From: a virus
Taxonomy: Duplodnaviria; Caudoviricetes
Virus record (IMG/VR): IMGVR_UViG_3300020202_000084
Coordinates: 1-59,449 of that record
DNA: 59,449 nt
Strand: one strand, 5' to 3'
In this document: positions 37,701 to 47,143 of the stretch, piece by piece
Layout of the letters: every line of letters starts with the position of its first letter
Numbering within the stretch: position 1 is the stretch's first letter
The notes under the pieces: model-generated
Told to the model about the DNA's origin: nothing
What the model saw: the letters and a program-made list of their open reading frames with translations, nothing else
Database searches by the model: none
Program-made: the position numbers and the translations under genes

Positions 37701-38893
37701 TTTCGATAGATGGATATGAATGGCGAGACATCGTGCCCCACGGCCAAGAACTGGTTATCGGAACTGAAAGCACAATCGAACGCACCGCCAGTAGGCAGTG
37801 TGGCCGGATCGGTTACCTTGGTGAACGTTGTCCCGGAGATAGAATAAATGGTAATGAAGCGAGACGTGCCGTGAGCAACGGCCATATAGTTGCCGTCCCT
37901 GCTGAACGTCACACCGTTGCCGTTGGCGTTCGGTAGCGTGCCAGGGTCACTTAGTTTTGTGAACGTAGTGCCGTTGACTTCATAGATGGTAACAAACGGT
38001 GTCGTCGTATGCGCCACGGCCAGAAACCTGCTGTCATACGACCAGCCCACACCATTTCCAGTGCCCGCAGGAAGGGTCGCTGGATTGGAGAGAAGCGTGA
38101 AGCTCGTTGATGCTCCGCTACCGCTAATCTGATAGATGCTGACAAATGGACTAACGGCATGTGCCAGGGCAAGGAACTGCCCATCCGGTGAAAATTCCAC
38201 GCCATTGACGGCATCGCCTGGATTGAGCGCTGGGGTGGTCAGAATGCTGAAGGTGGCGCTCGCCCCTGTGCCACTAATCGACCATGCATCCCAACCAGAA
38301 GCGCTATCATTACCAACGACAAGAACATCCCCGGCGGGGGAGAAGGCCACCGAAAGACCATTGGCCGTGGTACTGCCGCCCGTTGGATTTGTAAGTGCGG
38401 TAAGAGTGGTTCCGGAAACCGAGTAGCACGTAACCGTGCGGCTGCTGCCGTTGTTGTGGGCAACCGCCAGAATAGTCCCGTCTGGACTGAAAGCCACTTC
38501 GTTGCCGATCGCTGGAAATGCAGCAAGATCGGTCTGCTTGTTGAAATTAGTTACGTCGGCGGAGAAGTCACCGCCACGAACAGTCGTGCTAACGCTGTTA
38601 CGGGATACAATGTCGTCATCAACATAAACCCTCAAGCTCTCATTAGAGAACTCCAACAGCGCCGTATCGTCAGTGGACTTGATGAACTCGACATGATAAG
38701 CACGATTGTCGCCAAGGGTAGAGCCAAGATACTTCCACCCAGGACGCAGCATCATAGAACCAAGAACGCGTGGAACAAAATTCGTCTGCTCTTCAGCGGA
38801 CAATTCCACGCGTTCAATGTCAGTTCTGGAAAGTGCAAGGGGACTGACACGACCGCGATTGAACGCAAGTCGTGCTACATTCTGCTGAGCCAT
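34700..38893 (-). CDS. tail nozzle (tubular protein B) with inserted WD40-like propeller and beta-sandwich domains
   Basis: AFNRG..SP, N..P...G...RPG, LP.PY, QSGDV, GYPS.V..YESRL, GLPY; insert of ~45-aa FSPDG repeats. Confidence 0.85.
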   Translation of the reverse strand: MAQQNVARLAFNRGRVSPLALSRTDIERVELSAEEQTNFVPRVLGSMMLRPGWKYLGSTLGDNRAYHVEFIKSTDDTALLEFSNESLRVYVDDDIVSRNSVSTTVRGGDFSADVTNFNKQTDLAAFPAIGNEVAFSPDGTILAVAHNNGSSRTVTCYSVSGTTLTALTNPTGGSTTANGLSVAFSPAGDVLVVGNDSASGWDAWSISGTGASATFSILTTPALNPGDAVNGVEFSPDGQFLALAHAVSPFVSIYQISGSGASTSFTLLSNPATLPAGTGNGVGWSYDSRFLAVAHTTTPFVTIYEVNGTTFTKLSDPGTLPNANGNGVTFSRDGNYMAVAHGTSRFITIYSISGTTFTKVTDPATLPTGGAFDCAFSSDNQFLAVGHDVSPFISIYRNVSGTWTKQSNPATLPDDDCQGVAFSPNNNLLFTTGPTSPFHTFYQAYQWLDMDGSGASSTYGGVAPASFETAFTQTITGASPVAAGASGMNVRNVIDSSLFTRTGDKVKLTFKSATSGSQNFIIDKCYIGKAASSGDAYDFASAPTQVTFNGGSSGFTITNGGNTLASDEIVFDFDGSDIIVSFHTVSNTGEGFSVKTAASSAMQAYYKNAADDSGTVNATGYTDMSRDLAGLTKIEVLDTADGGTGMFLVGTGYNEARRVEAISVLNTDKTVEHSLRVVVDQGIVTFAVGTEFNSDDLVGQKNLEKGTYTFSFTPNSNLFFIDIKANTKYSSIVTSIQVEGSGDMVLPTPYTTSDLENIRYWQSGDVLFLACNGVKQMKVLRYGEHSWGIADYLPADGPWRDVNTSQITLTASALTGDITLTASRELFKEEMIGTLFRIASVGQATQDSFNGANQFSSAIKVTGTGTTRDITIVRSGTWTATVTLQRSISEPGTWVDVATFTANGTATYNDGLDNQVIYYRIGIKTGNYTSGTAVVSLSYASGTIDGIARVTGFNSTTSVDAIVLSPMGGTSAFETWNEGMWSDYRGYPSAVAIYESRLAWAGNDRVVLSVSDEYESFDDTVEGDSGPISRTIGEGPVDDINWLLPLQRLIVGAQGSERSCRSTSFDEPLTPDNFNMKPASTQGSAAVGAVIVDSGGAFVDRTGTRLFQLIYNFDTYDYSASELTRLVPEIAESGIERIAVQRRPDTRIHCVLGDGTVAMLVFEKEEDTICWVNIETDGDIEDVCVLPDTPEDAVYYTVKRNIGGVDMRYLERWAIEEDCQGGTKNKQADSFVEYTSVSTATLTGLDHLEGETVVCWADGVYKGTFTVASGSITLSSSVSNAIVGLPYTARYKSTKLAYAAANGTALNRRKRVENIGLILYNTHHQGLRIGDSYSFLRALPTIIDNKPVATDTIHATLDYEPTSYNTKWSTDSRICLEATAPKPATILGLTFGLETTG

Positions 38894-39531
38894 TACAATC
38901 CGCTATAATCTCGATTAGAACGCATTCCACGCCAGCCTCGACGGGAACGGTTCCAAGAAGTCTCAGGAGGGAACTTGGTGGGATCGCGCAGGGCGCATTC
39001 CGACCTAGCAATAGTTTTAAGTTTCCTTAAATCTTCCTCTAGCCGCTCTTTCTTGGTGTCACTCCCGCTGATACGAGGGAGTGCCCAGAAGCCCAGCTGT
39101 GCCTCTACAAACGTGACAAAGCTGCCTGGCCAGAGAGAGTAGTCTGCTCCGTAGCTGGCTCCATTGGAGACGTAGCGAATATAGAGCGTAGACTGATAAG
39201 AGTAGATGTAGTCGCCCTCGCTCTGGTATCCCAGATCGGGCTCTGTGAAACTAGGATCAGTGCTAACCTGTGCTATCTTGATAACGTCGCTAGGAAGCGT
39301 AAAGCGCTGCCAGCCAGCACCGAGAGGGTCCGTGTATCCGCTATCTGCATCAATCACAATCGTGCGGAAGGCAAACTTCCACAGACCCATCTCAAGCACT
39401 TTATCGATAAAGCTGTCATCCCAGATTTCATCCAAGACATAACGCTGCTCTACATCATCCGTCAGAGTGGAGATGCTTCTTTCTTCAGCAAATCGTAGGG
39501 CACCTTTATAGAGAGACAGCTTGGTGGTCAT
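38893..39531 (-). CDS. tail adaptor (tubular protein A, T7 gp11-like)
   Basis: W.FA, F.LPSD, IRYV; position. Confidence 0.8.
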   Translation of the reverse strand: MTTKLSLYKGALRFAEERSISTLTDDVEQRYVLDEIWDDSFIDKVLEMGLWKFAFRTIVIDADSGYTDPLGAGWQRFTLPSDVIKIAQVSTDPSFTEPDLGYQSEGDYIYSYQSTLYIRYVSNGASYGADYSLWPGSFVTFVEAQLGFWALPRISGSDTKKERLEEDLRKLKTIARSECALRDPTKFPPETSWNRSRRGWRGMRSNRDYSGL

Positions 39532-39532
39532 A

Positions 39533-39976
39533 TTACTTCGCTAGTGATTTCCGATATTCAAACAGCCAGTCTTCAGCAGCCTTCTGGGTAGCGTGCCCCG
39601 AGGACATCACTTCGCCATCTGCCGTGCGAATAACACGATGCTTATGGAAGTTGCCGCCGAAAGTAATCTTGTATTCAGGAGTTCCCTGATTAGTCATGCC
39701 ATGCTGAGCAGCATTGGCACCAAATTCTTCAAAGCGAAGCAATCCAACCTTAGCCCAGTTAGAACCTGCCTCAAACACGTAGAGTTCGCAGAAGTAGGAG
39801 TTATCCTCGCAAGTAACCTCAATGCGATCTTTAGCTTTCAGGTTACGGGCTACATGGGACCAATAGGCGGGGTTCATCAAATCCACTAGGGTGTCACCCA
39901 CAGCGCTATCAGCATCCCAAACGGTTCGCTTATGTTCGCTATTGCCAAAACGCTTATTTTCAAGCACTCGTGCCAA
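39533..39976 (-). CDS. hypothetical protein
   Basis: TTG start with SD AGGAGAG. Confidence 0.7.
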   Translation of the reverse strand: MARVLENKRFGNSEHKRTVWDADSAVGDTLVDLMNPAYWSHVARNLKAKDRIEVTCEDNSYFCELYVFEAGSNWAKVGLLRFEEFGANAAQHGMTNQGTPEYKITFGGNFHKHRVIRTADGEVMSSGHATQKAAEDWLFEYRKSLAK

Positions 39977-40008
39977 GTTGTCTCTCCTTGAGGGTTGGCA
40001 TTGAGAAA

Positions 40009-40045
40009 TAGAAGAAAGAAGGGGAGAGAGGGTTAGTCTCTCCCC
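40009..40045 (-). terminator. rho-independent terminator after the capsid genes
   Basis: GGGGAGAGA...TCTCTCCCC followed by TTCTTTCTT on the - strand. Confidence 0.75.
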
Positions 40046-40053
40046 TACTTGTA

Positions 40054-40341
40054 CTAGTCGGAGTTGGTCGAGACGCCGATATCGGTGCCGTTAGCAGCAT
40101 CGATAGTCGTGCTGGAAGTATTCAGCACAGTATGGGCCGACCAAATCTTGTTGCCCGTGTCATAAACGAACAACAGGTCACCATCACGCATACCAAGGTT
40201 GTAGCCATCGGTAAAATAACCGGAGGCATCCACAGTGGCCTTGGCATCGGCCGAAGAGTAGACCCACAGATTACGCGGGGCTTCACCCATCAGACCAAGC
40301 TCAAGAACCTTACGCGGAGGATTAGTAGTTGCATATGCCAT
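40054..40341 (-). CDS. capsid decoration/cement protein (putative)
   Basis: Small ORF between the major capsid gene and its terminator; V...GYF, GM..GD. Confidence 0.6.
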   Translation of the reverse strand: MAYATTNPPRKVLELGLMGEAPRNLWVYSSADAKATVDASGYFTDGYNLGMRDGDLLFVYDTGNKIWSAHTVLNTSSTTIDAANGTDIGVSTNSD

Positions 40342-40359
40342 TAGCTATCTTCCTCCCTA

Positions 40360-41208
40360 TTAGCTAATATCCATTGCCGAACCGTCATGGAGCATCTGAG
40401 CAACGCCAGAGTTCTGGAGCAGCTTGGAGCCCATGTAGATCGACACGCGAGCGAACGAATAATCGTCCTCGTCGTTGTAACCGAGGACCACGTCCATGCC
40501 CGCGCTATTCACAGCGTGGCCAATGGCCGACTTGTGGAACATGTAGCACTTCTCAGAGCTAGTCCCGACGCCAGTCAGCTGGTTAGACACAATCCACTTA
40601 ACACCGTGCCAATCCCAGTAGCCCGGCTTATCAGCCCAAGCAGGACCGTTCTCATACGGCTGCTTGCTCACATAGTCAGCGGAAGTAAATTCCGTAGTCT
40701 CATAGAGGTAGCTCAAGAAGGCAGGGGTAATGACAGCCCAGATATTGCCATCGAAGGGCACGCCATTGTTGCCAAGGCCAGCAATAGCCTTGTTGACCAT
40801 ACGCACCGAAGCGGGAGCCGCAGCGCCAGTAGTCAGAGTAGCCGTGTCCAGCTGGGCGATAATGTCGGCATCGATCTTACGATTGATGACGGCCATCGCG
40901 TTCTTCTGCATAATCGCGTTACGGTCACCCTGGGACGCGAAGATGTTGAAACTGGTCACAACCGGCTTGTAGTGCCACTCGGCCAGCGTAGCGCTAGTCT
41001 GAGTGAGATTATCGACGCCATTCGGAATCTTGCCGTTGACGCCACGAGTGACGGCAGTAGCCGCATTGCTATCAGCAATGAGGAAGGTAGCCGTATTACC
41101 CTTAAGGACAGCCTCAGTAGTCACCGCATCACGGAGGACAGACTGACGCTGCTCAAAACCGGCAATGAACTCCTGCCGATAATGAGTTTGAAACGCGGTA
41201 GATGCCAC
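40360..41208 (-). CDS. major capsid protein
   Basis: F.Q.QS.LR..VT, A..RKID..II, HKSAIGHA; follows the scaffold. Confidence 0.85.
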   Translation of the reverse strand: MASTAFQTHYRQEFIAGFEQRQSVLRDAVTTEAVLKGNTATFLIADSNAATAVTRGVNGKIPNGVDNLTQTSATLAEWHYKPVVTSFNIFASQGDRNAIMQKNAMAVINRKIDADIIAQLDTATLTTGAAAPASVRMVNKAIAGLGNNGVPFDGNIWAVITPAFLSYLYETTEFTSADYVSKQPYENGPAWADKPGYWDWHGVKWIVSNQLTGVGTSSEKCYMFHKSAIGHAVNSAGMDVVLGYNDEDDYSFARVSIYMGSKLLQNSGVAQMLHDGSAMDIS

Positions 41209-41333
41209 GTTAGTTTCTCCAAAGTTGAGGGGAAACCTTCGCAGTTGGTTGTCTGAATTTAGATTGGCGGGTTGCCTGTGACGGGCCGCTTAGCTAAATG
41301 CAGGGCATTTGCTACGGTCTTAATTGATGGGAA

Positions 41334-41846
41334 TTAACTTCCCAGTAGTGTGCCGCCTGCACCAGCAAGCAGCTTAAAGCCTTTAGACAAAGGCTGTTTC
41401 TTATTCTTAATCTTGGCTTTGTTGGCAGCGTTCTGAGTAGCCGGGTCCATCATACGATTAGTGGAGTCGCTACCCTGAGCATAACCTGCTCCCACAGAAG
41501 GAACATCCCCCATAGGGCCAGAGAACGGATCAAGAGCCCCAGAGATAGGATTAGTGCCATTAGCTATAGCGTCAGCAGCCGAATAGCCACCAGCAATCAT
41601 GCTACCAACTGGTCCACCGACAAGGCCGCCCATAATGGTGCCGACCTTTGCTAAGTTTTCTAGGGAAGCCTCGTATTGTTTAGTTCGCTTACCCTTGGCA
41701 CCGGGATACTTATTGTCTAACAGACTAGGGGACATCCCCCCGCCGCGACCTGTGCCACCACCTAGCGCTCGCTCTCTTTCGTTCTGAGCACGAGATGAGC
41801 GCTCGCCACCTGTCCTCCCCGGATGGCTACCACTTGGACCTGCCAT
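41334..41846 (-). CDS. Gly-rich hypothetical protein
   Basis: ORF in the head module, glycine-zipper-like segment. Confidence 0.6.
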   Translation of the reverse strand: MAGPSGSHPGRTGGERSSRAQNERERALGGGTGRGGGMSPSLLDNKYPGAKGKRTKQYEASLENLAKVGTIMGGLVGGPVGSMIAGGYSAADAIANGTNPISGALDPFSGPMGDVPSVGAGYAQGSDSTNRMMDPATQNAANKAKIKNKKQPLSKGFKLLAGAGGTLLGS

Positions 41847-41859
41847 TAGTTAGTTTTCC

Positions 41860-42810
41860 TTAAACTTGGATGCCTAATTTCATAGCGGCATCAATCAATC
41901 GAGTATGCTCTTCGCGGCGAGACGCATTAGCAGGCGACTGCCACGCATTAATATTCTTCTTCATCTCTGCGAAGTTGGCATCAAGCTGTTGCTTAATAGT
42001 GGCCGTCTTGTCGCCACCAGTCTGGCCAGGCATGACCAATGCAGCCGGATTAATCTGAAGAGCCAAGCTGCCCATCCAACGCATGAAGCCCGGATGATTG
42101 AAGGCCAGCGAGCCATCGGCCAACTGCATACCTTCCACTAGCTCTTTTACTTCAGGGTCCATACCGTCAAACATCGTCTTAATCGAGTTGACAGTAGAGC
42201 GGTAATCCGCACCCCATTCCTTACGCAGAGCATCTTCTGTGGCCTGTCGCAGAGACTTCTGTGCCTCAATCATATCGGCATGGTTCTGCTCTTGAATCTT
42301 GTAGTAGACATCCACGACATCGGCCACAATGTCGGGAGAAACATTCTTAGCGTGAAGGCGTTCTGCCAGCATATTCATAGCTGGCTTGTCTTCCTCACCA
42401 ATCACCAGACCTTCTGGAAGCTTCTCGTAGTAACCTTCAAACTTCTCAGGCACACCCACCTGCTTACGGTATTCAGCAAGCTGCTCAGGTGTAGGATTCT
42501 CAGGGAGAGTAGGCGGCAGCTTCATGCTGCTCATCTTCTTCTCAAGCTCTCGATAGGACTTATGAAGAGCCTCGGGAGAAGCGATACGCTGTAGGCGCTC
42601 TAGTTCTTTCTGATCCCCATTCGCCATAGCCTGACGCCAATCATCGCGCCAAGTAGGGGTTACAGTAGTATTCGTATTCGTCTGTGTATTACCGGTCGTA
42701 TTAGTATTCGTCTCGGTAGCACCAGTCGTGTTATTCGTAGTGCCCTGTTCCGGGGTCTGGGTTGACTGAGTGTTATCCTCAGTGCCAGACGTTGCCGTCT
42801 GATCGGTCAT
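41860..42810 (-). CDS. capsid scaffolding/assembly protein
   Basis: Thr/Asn-rich N-terminus, KSY.ELEK, G.PE, LRKEWG. Confidence 0.8.
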   Translation of the reverse strand: MTDQTATSGTEDNTQSTQTPEQGTTNNTTGATETNTNTTGNTQTNTNTTVTPTWRDDWRQAMANGDQKELERLQRIASPEALHKSYRELEKKMSSMKLPPTLPENPTPEQLAEYRKQVGVPEKFEGYYEKLPEGLVIGEEDKPAMNMLAERLHAKNVSPDIVADVVDVYYKIQEQNHADMIEAQKSLRQATEDALRKEWGADYRSTVNSIKTMFDGMDPEVKELVEGMQLADGSLAFNHPGFMRWMGSLALQINPAALVMPGQTGGDKTATIKQQLDANFAEMKKNINAWQSPANASRREEHTRLIDAAMKLGIQV

Positions 42811-42819
42811 TACTATTCC

Positions 42820-43095
42820 TTAGAAATTGTCTGGATTACTATTCAGTAGCTTTACTATCTGAAGTCCGACAAAGCGCTTGCCTTCAGCAAAGGCAGTCTC
42901 TCTGTCTCCCTCAGTCCCTCCGGGTCTGAATGACAACCCGTAAGTTTCACATATACGATTAACTATAAGATCGATTATGCGCTTCTGTTGGAAGTCTGTA
43001 GCCGCCCCCTGCGCTAAGGCAATGAGGGCGGTTACATCAGCTTTTTCATACTTAGGAGGCGCATACGTTGGAGTAGGCGTAGGCTTCTTCGGCAT
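42820..43095 (-). CDS. Bbp19-like protein
   Basis: TAFAEGKRFVGLQI after the portal. Confidence 0.75.
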   Translation of the reverse strand: MPKKPTPTPTYAPPKYEKADVTALIALAQGAATDFQQKRIIDLIVNRICETYGLSFRPGGTEGDRETAFAEGKRFVGLQIVKLLNSNPDNF

Positions 43096-44780
43096 TAGAC
43101 AGCAGCATCCATGTTATTAATGGCAGCACCGGCATTGCCGACCTGTTCAGCCACAGCGCCACCTTGACCAATCATCGCAGCAGCCTTCATGACTTCCTGC
43201 TCTTCCTGAGCCTTGGCAGCAAGCTCCTCGTAGGTAGCTTCATCACGCAACCACACCGCAGGGGCACCAGCGCCGCGCAGAGCGTCACGTAGGGCCACAG
43301 TGGTATCGATCATATATTGAGCACCAGGATCGAGAGCGACAGCTGCATCGATCAACATGCGACTATCCATGAAGGTAGAAGCCAATTGCTGATCACGAGC
43401 CTCAATAAGCGGACTCTCAAACTTAAATTGAATTTCACTACCACGTAGGCTTTCAGGAATGTTCTGAATAGGGCCAAACGCATTGACACCCATCAGCAGC
43501 TCAAATGTCTGCTCACAGACTGGAGCGTTGTATTCCTGCTCTACAGGCTCAAAGAGAGGGAGAGCCTGACGGATATACTGCTGCACATGATACTTTACTT
43601 CTTCAGCCGTAACACGCTCACGGTTGCCCATAGAGGGCATCTGGAGCTTGTTCAGGTAGAAAGCATCGGCAATCATGGCCATCTGCTTCTGCTGAAGCTC
43701 TAAGCCCACAGGAAGACCGCGGTAGTCCGAAGGGATGGGCCGCAGAACTTCACCAGTCTTTTCGTCGTAGTCAGCATCAACCCATGTGACACCGCTTGGA
43801 TAGATGGCTAGGTCACTCCTAATCATCTCCTGCACAGCAATCATCGGAGGGTCTACAGCCTTCTCTCCAGCACGCAAGAGCGTGTAGGTCATTGCCTGAA
43901 TAAGCCGTGCATCCGGAAGGGCAGCGATGGTAGCAGGGGAATGTGCATACTGACTACCAGACACGGTCTGCCAACGCGGGATGATGTAGTAGCTTGTCAG
44001 GCGAGGGGCTTCCTCCATGACATGCTTATTCTTGCAATCAAGCCACAGGGAGATATAGGGGGCAACTCGGCCAGCCCTTACTCCAGCGGCATACTCATAA
44101 GCCTCAGCACGAAGAACAATGTGCAGAAACTCGCATAACTCATAAGCTCTATCGCCGTTATTGGCAGTGGCCAGCTTACTGACTTCAGGGTGGACACGGC
44201 CTTTGAAATACCTAATGGCATCGGCTGCCTTGCATTTCCATTTACGAGCAACTAGATCAATCTCGCCATTCTCATTCTCGCACCACACGACATCCCTAAG
44301 ATGCCAGTTGCGATAGAGAAGAGTGTTGGTATTGAAGTTCAACTCAGCACTAAGAACACATTGTCCGAAGGTGGCGTAGTCGTGATCTCCTTGCTTGGTT
44401 GCCTTGGTGAACTGCGCAAGCCGGTCATACATGGCCCGCTTCTGTGCTTTGGTGGCAGCCTCTAGGAAACGCCTACCGGCATTGTCAACTAGGCTGTCGT
44501 CTTTATTCACCTTAATCGCGAACCAATCCTGACCACTAGGACGCAACATACCGCCAATGCTATCGCCCAACTCGCGTCGTGCAAGAACTGGGTAAGAGGT
44601 TGAAAGATGGTCAGCAAACTCTTCTCCGAGAGAACGCGAGAGGGTAAAGTCAGCCCGCTCTGGATAGAAGTTATCAGCGATATTCTGCCACAGGCTGAGC
44701 AGCGACCCGCGATTAAACAGGTCATTCACTTTCTTCTCTAGGCTCTTGTGCCTCTCAGTCCAAACCAGAACATCAGCCAT
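43095..44780 (-). CDS. portal (head-tail connector)
   Basis: P.G.DWF, PRW....G..Y..SP, VDPP, TAEEV. Confidence 0.92.
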   Translation of the reverse strand: MADVLVWTERHKSLEKKVNDLFNRGSLLSLWQNIADNFYPERADFTLSRSLGEEFADHLSTSYPVLARRELGDSIGGMLRPSGQDWFAIKVNKDDSLVDNAGRRFLEAATKAQKRAMYDRLAQFTKATKQGDHDYATFGQCVLSAELNFNTNTLLYRNWHLRDVVWCENENGEIDLVARKWKCKAADAIRYFKGRVHPEVSKLATANNGDRAYELCEFLHIVLRAEAYEYAAGVRAGRVAPYISLWLDCKNKHVMEEAPRLTSYYIIPRWQTVSGSQYAHSPATIAALPDARLIQAMTYTLLRAGEKAVDPPMIAVQEMIRSDLAIYPSGVTWVDADYDEKTGEVLRPIPSDYRGLPVGLELQQKQMAMIADAFYLNKLQMPSMGNRERVTAEEVKYHVQQYIRQALPLFEPVEQEYNAPVCEQTFELLMGVNAFGPIQNIPESLRGSEIQFKFESPLIEARDQQLASTFMDSRMLIDAAVALDPGAQYMIDTTVALRDALRGAGAPAVWLRDEATYEELAAKAQEEQEVMKAAAMIGQGGAVAEQVGNAGAAINNMDAAV

Positions 44781-44784
44781 TCAC

Positions 44785-44979
44785 TTAACCTAAATAATCT
44801 TCATCAGAGATAATAGTTGATGCTCTGCCAGACTTCTTGCGCCTAGCCTCATTCACCATAGCGTTCTTCTTCAGAACTTCAGGATCAGGAATTTCAGCAG
44901 GCTTCTCTGGCTCAGGCAGCTTAATCTCGGGGGTCTTTGGCCTACTGCCAAACCCCAGCACCTTCGCTACTTTCTTCAT
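44785..44979 (-). CDS. small virion protein (T7 gp7.3-like position)
   Basis: GRASTI...LG motif before the portal. Confidence 0.6.
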   Translation of the reverse strand: MKKVAKVLGFGSRPKTPEIKLPEPEKPAEIPDPEVLKKNAMVNEARRKKSGRASTIISDEDYLG

Positions 44980-46523
44980 CGTCTGGGCCTAGGACCTTTA
45001 GCAATAACTTTAGGAACAAAATGTTTTCTATTCTTCGATGCTTCATGGCTGCCCTCTGTGAGTGCATAAACCACAGCATCTCCCTTGTTAGGGGACCGAC
45101 CTAAGAGTTCTTTAATCTCATCCTTCGGCTGCAATCTAATCTTGCCATTAGGAGCGTCCCAACACACAGCAGTAAGGTCGGACTTAAGTTCTGTATCTGG
45201 AGGGAGCGCAATGATGCTGCCTCCCTCTTGGTTGGGATCAAGCGCCTCACGAAAGCGCCAATACGCTTCAGCCCTCTTATTGAGAAAGGGAAGGCTGCTA
45301 TTGATTGCTTTGCCGGTTGCGGCATTGTTTCCATTAAACCTAGCGAATGGGATGTTGTTGTCCTTCAGGCGCTCAATGATGGCACCGGCATAGCCGCCGC
45401 CAACATCCAGCACTACTGGGGCACCATCCCGACGCACCTGTAATAGCTCCATAGCCATCACCGTGCCGTCTTTAGTGTCCTTACCTTTAAGGCTGATTAG
45501 TTCGTTATACCAACCACCGTGCCTACGAGCGATTACAGCAGCGTCGTTACCGCCACCAGCAGGATCAAAGCCAATACTGGTCATGCTGTTCTCGCGCCAC
45601 CCATCGGGCTTCCAACGGGCTTGAGCAGCGACTACCCAGTCAGTAGGGATAACTTGGTTCGGAGCGTCTGCACGGACTGCCATGAAATTCCCGTCTCGCA
45701 CAGCACTACGAAGTGGCTCGGGTAGTGCGTCAAGCTTGGCTTCGTAATCGGTCCTCGCGAGATACGGGTTGTCCGAGAGACGGGCAGGTATAAAGGAACG
45801 AGACATCGGCCTAGCTGGCTTTTTCTGTCCAGGGAAATACACGGGCTCTGGTCCTGGGACTTCGACATCTTCACCATCAGGGTTAGTTACGAACCAACGG
45901 AGTTCTCCGGGCTTTGCCGGATTGGGATGAAGCGGATCGAGCCAAGGTCGGAACATTCCGACGATCCAGTCACCTTCGGCGCTGATAGGAGGATTAGTCC
46001 CGAGGATAATTCGACAACGCTGATTAGGTTCTGTAGTTCGCACCCACCCCATAAGAAGTCGGATTTGGGATTGAAGGAAGTGGGTTGCTTCATCGATATA
46101 CAAGAAATCATGAGCACGGCCCATCCACGCCATTTCATCTCCTGGCGTCTTGGCCGCACCAAATTCAATTAGTCTGCCATCCCTAGTGCGGAGAGTTCCG
46201 TGAGCACTCCCATTCCAGCCATCACGACTGCCATAGAAACGCAGGAGTTCTTCCTGCATTGCCGACAGGTCAACACCCTGACGGCGCATAAGTAGGGATC
46301 GCTTATGACAACAAAGTGCCAGTCCAATACCTAGAGCGGTCTTACCGCCACCAGCCTGCCCGCCATACAGAAGAACATCAGCCGGATGAAACCAAGCTTC
46401 AGTCTGCGGACCAGGATTGGGAATAAACTTGGGAGGGTCCTGAGAAAACTGTTGCGCGATTGCCTGTAATTCTTTTTGATCCAGTTTACTCAGTTTTTCG
46501 ACAATCGACGCAACAGTATCCAT
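44976..46523 (-). CDS. terL: terminase large subunit
   Basis: YGGQAGGGKT, IDEA, TNPP, GFDPA.GG.D, SP..GDA. Confidence 0.95.
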   Translation of the reverse strand: MDTVASIVEKLSKLDQKELQAIAQQFSQDPPKFIPNPGPQTEAWFHPADVLLYGGQAGGGKTALGIGLALCCHKRSLLMRRQGVDLSAMQEELLRFYGSRDGWNGSAHGTLRTRDGRLIEFGAAKTPGDEMAWMGRAHDFLYIDEATHFLQSQIRLLMGWVRTTEPNQRCRIILGTNPPISAEGDWIVGMFRPWLDPLHPNPAKPGELRWFVTNPDGEDVEVPGPEPVYFPGQKKPARPMSRSFIPARLSDNPYLARTDYEAKLDALPEPLRSAVRDGNFMAVRADAPNQVIPTDWVVAAQARWKPDGWRENSMTSIGFDPAGGGNDAAVIARRHGGWYNELISLKGKDTKDGTVMAMELLQVRRDGAPVVLDVGGGYAGAIIERLKDNNIPFARFNGNNAATGKAINSSLPFLNKRAEAYWRFREALDPNQEGGSIIALPPDTELKSDLTAVCWDAPNGKIRLQPKDEIKELLGRSPNKGDAVVYALTEGSHEASKNRKHFVPKVIAKGPRPRR

Positions 46524-46531
46524 ATTACCTA

Positions 46532-47065
46532 TTAAGAGACAGTAGCAGAGAAGGGGGTGGCTTCAGTGCCAGTAGCCGAAATAGCGCCACGAACCGAATA
46601 CAGGTCGCTAGCCACATCCTGAAGAATGAACCAGTCGCCCTTAAGACCACCAGTCGTGCTGCCATTCAGCGTGATCGTGTCATCCGTGGCCGCAGTGCCA
46701 AAGGCTTCAGCAGCGTTCGCAGCCGTATCACCATTCACCAGCACAATGCCCGACATGGTGTCAGTCGCATCAGCCACCTTAATGGTGGTCGTATTGGACG
46801 TAACAGTAGTGCCAACGAAGAAGGTGTAGATCGCACCAGTGCCCGTAGCGGCAGGAAGCGTCACGGCAATACCAGCCGCACGGTTCAGAGTAATCGTCTT
46901 ACCATCGTGCAGGTCGCGAGTGACGGTGAGAGTAGACGCAGTGACGTTGGTAATGTTGTTGTCAGGAGAGCGCACAACAGGCACTCCATCTTTACCAACC
47001 AAGTCACCAGTAGAAAGATCAATACCAAAGAAGCGCCCCAACAGGGACTTATACGCGACAGCCAT
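46532..47065 (-). CDS. beta-rich virion protein (putative head fibre/accessory)
   Basis: Thr/Gly/Ala-rich, VTLPAA.G.G..Y.F. Confidence 0.6.
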   Translation of the reverse strand: MAVAYKSLLGRFFGIDLSTGDLVGKDGVPVVRSPDNNITNVTASTLTVTRDLHDGKTITLNRAAGIAVTLPAATGTGAIYTFFVGTTVTSNTTTIKVADATDTMSGIVLVNGDTAANAAEAFGTAATDDTITLNGSTTGGLKGDWFILQDVASDLYSVRGAISATGTEATPFSATVS

Positions 47066-47143
47066 AATATTTCCTTAAATGCTTATTGCTTTTACAACAT
47101 GTAGACCGACATGCGGCGGAGCCGGTTATCCTTGTGGGAGCGG

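Noticed and set aside
40387-41256. 289-aa + strand ORF and similar long antisense ORFs (2429-3193, 46460-47104, 56470-56937)
   Set aside because: Shadows of codon-biased real genes on the opposite strand; no SD or motifs
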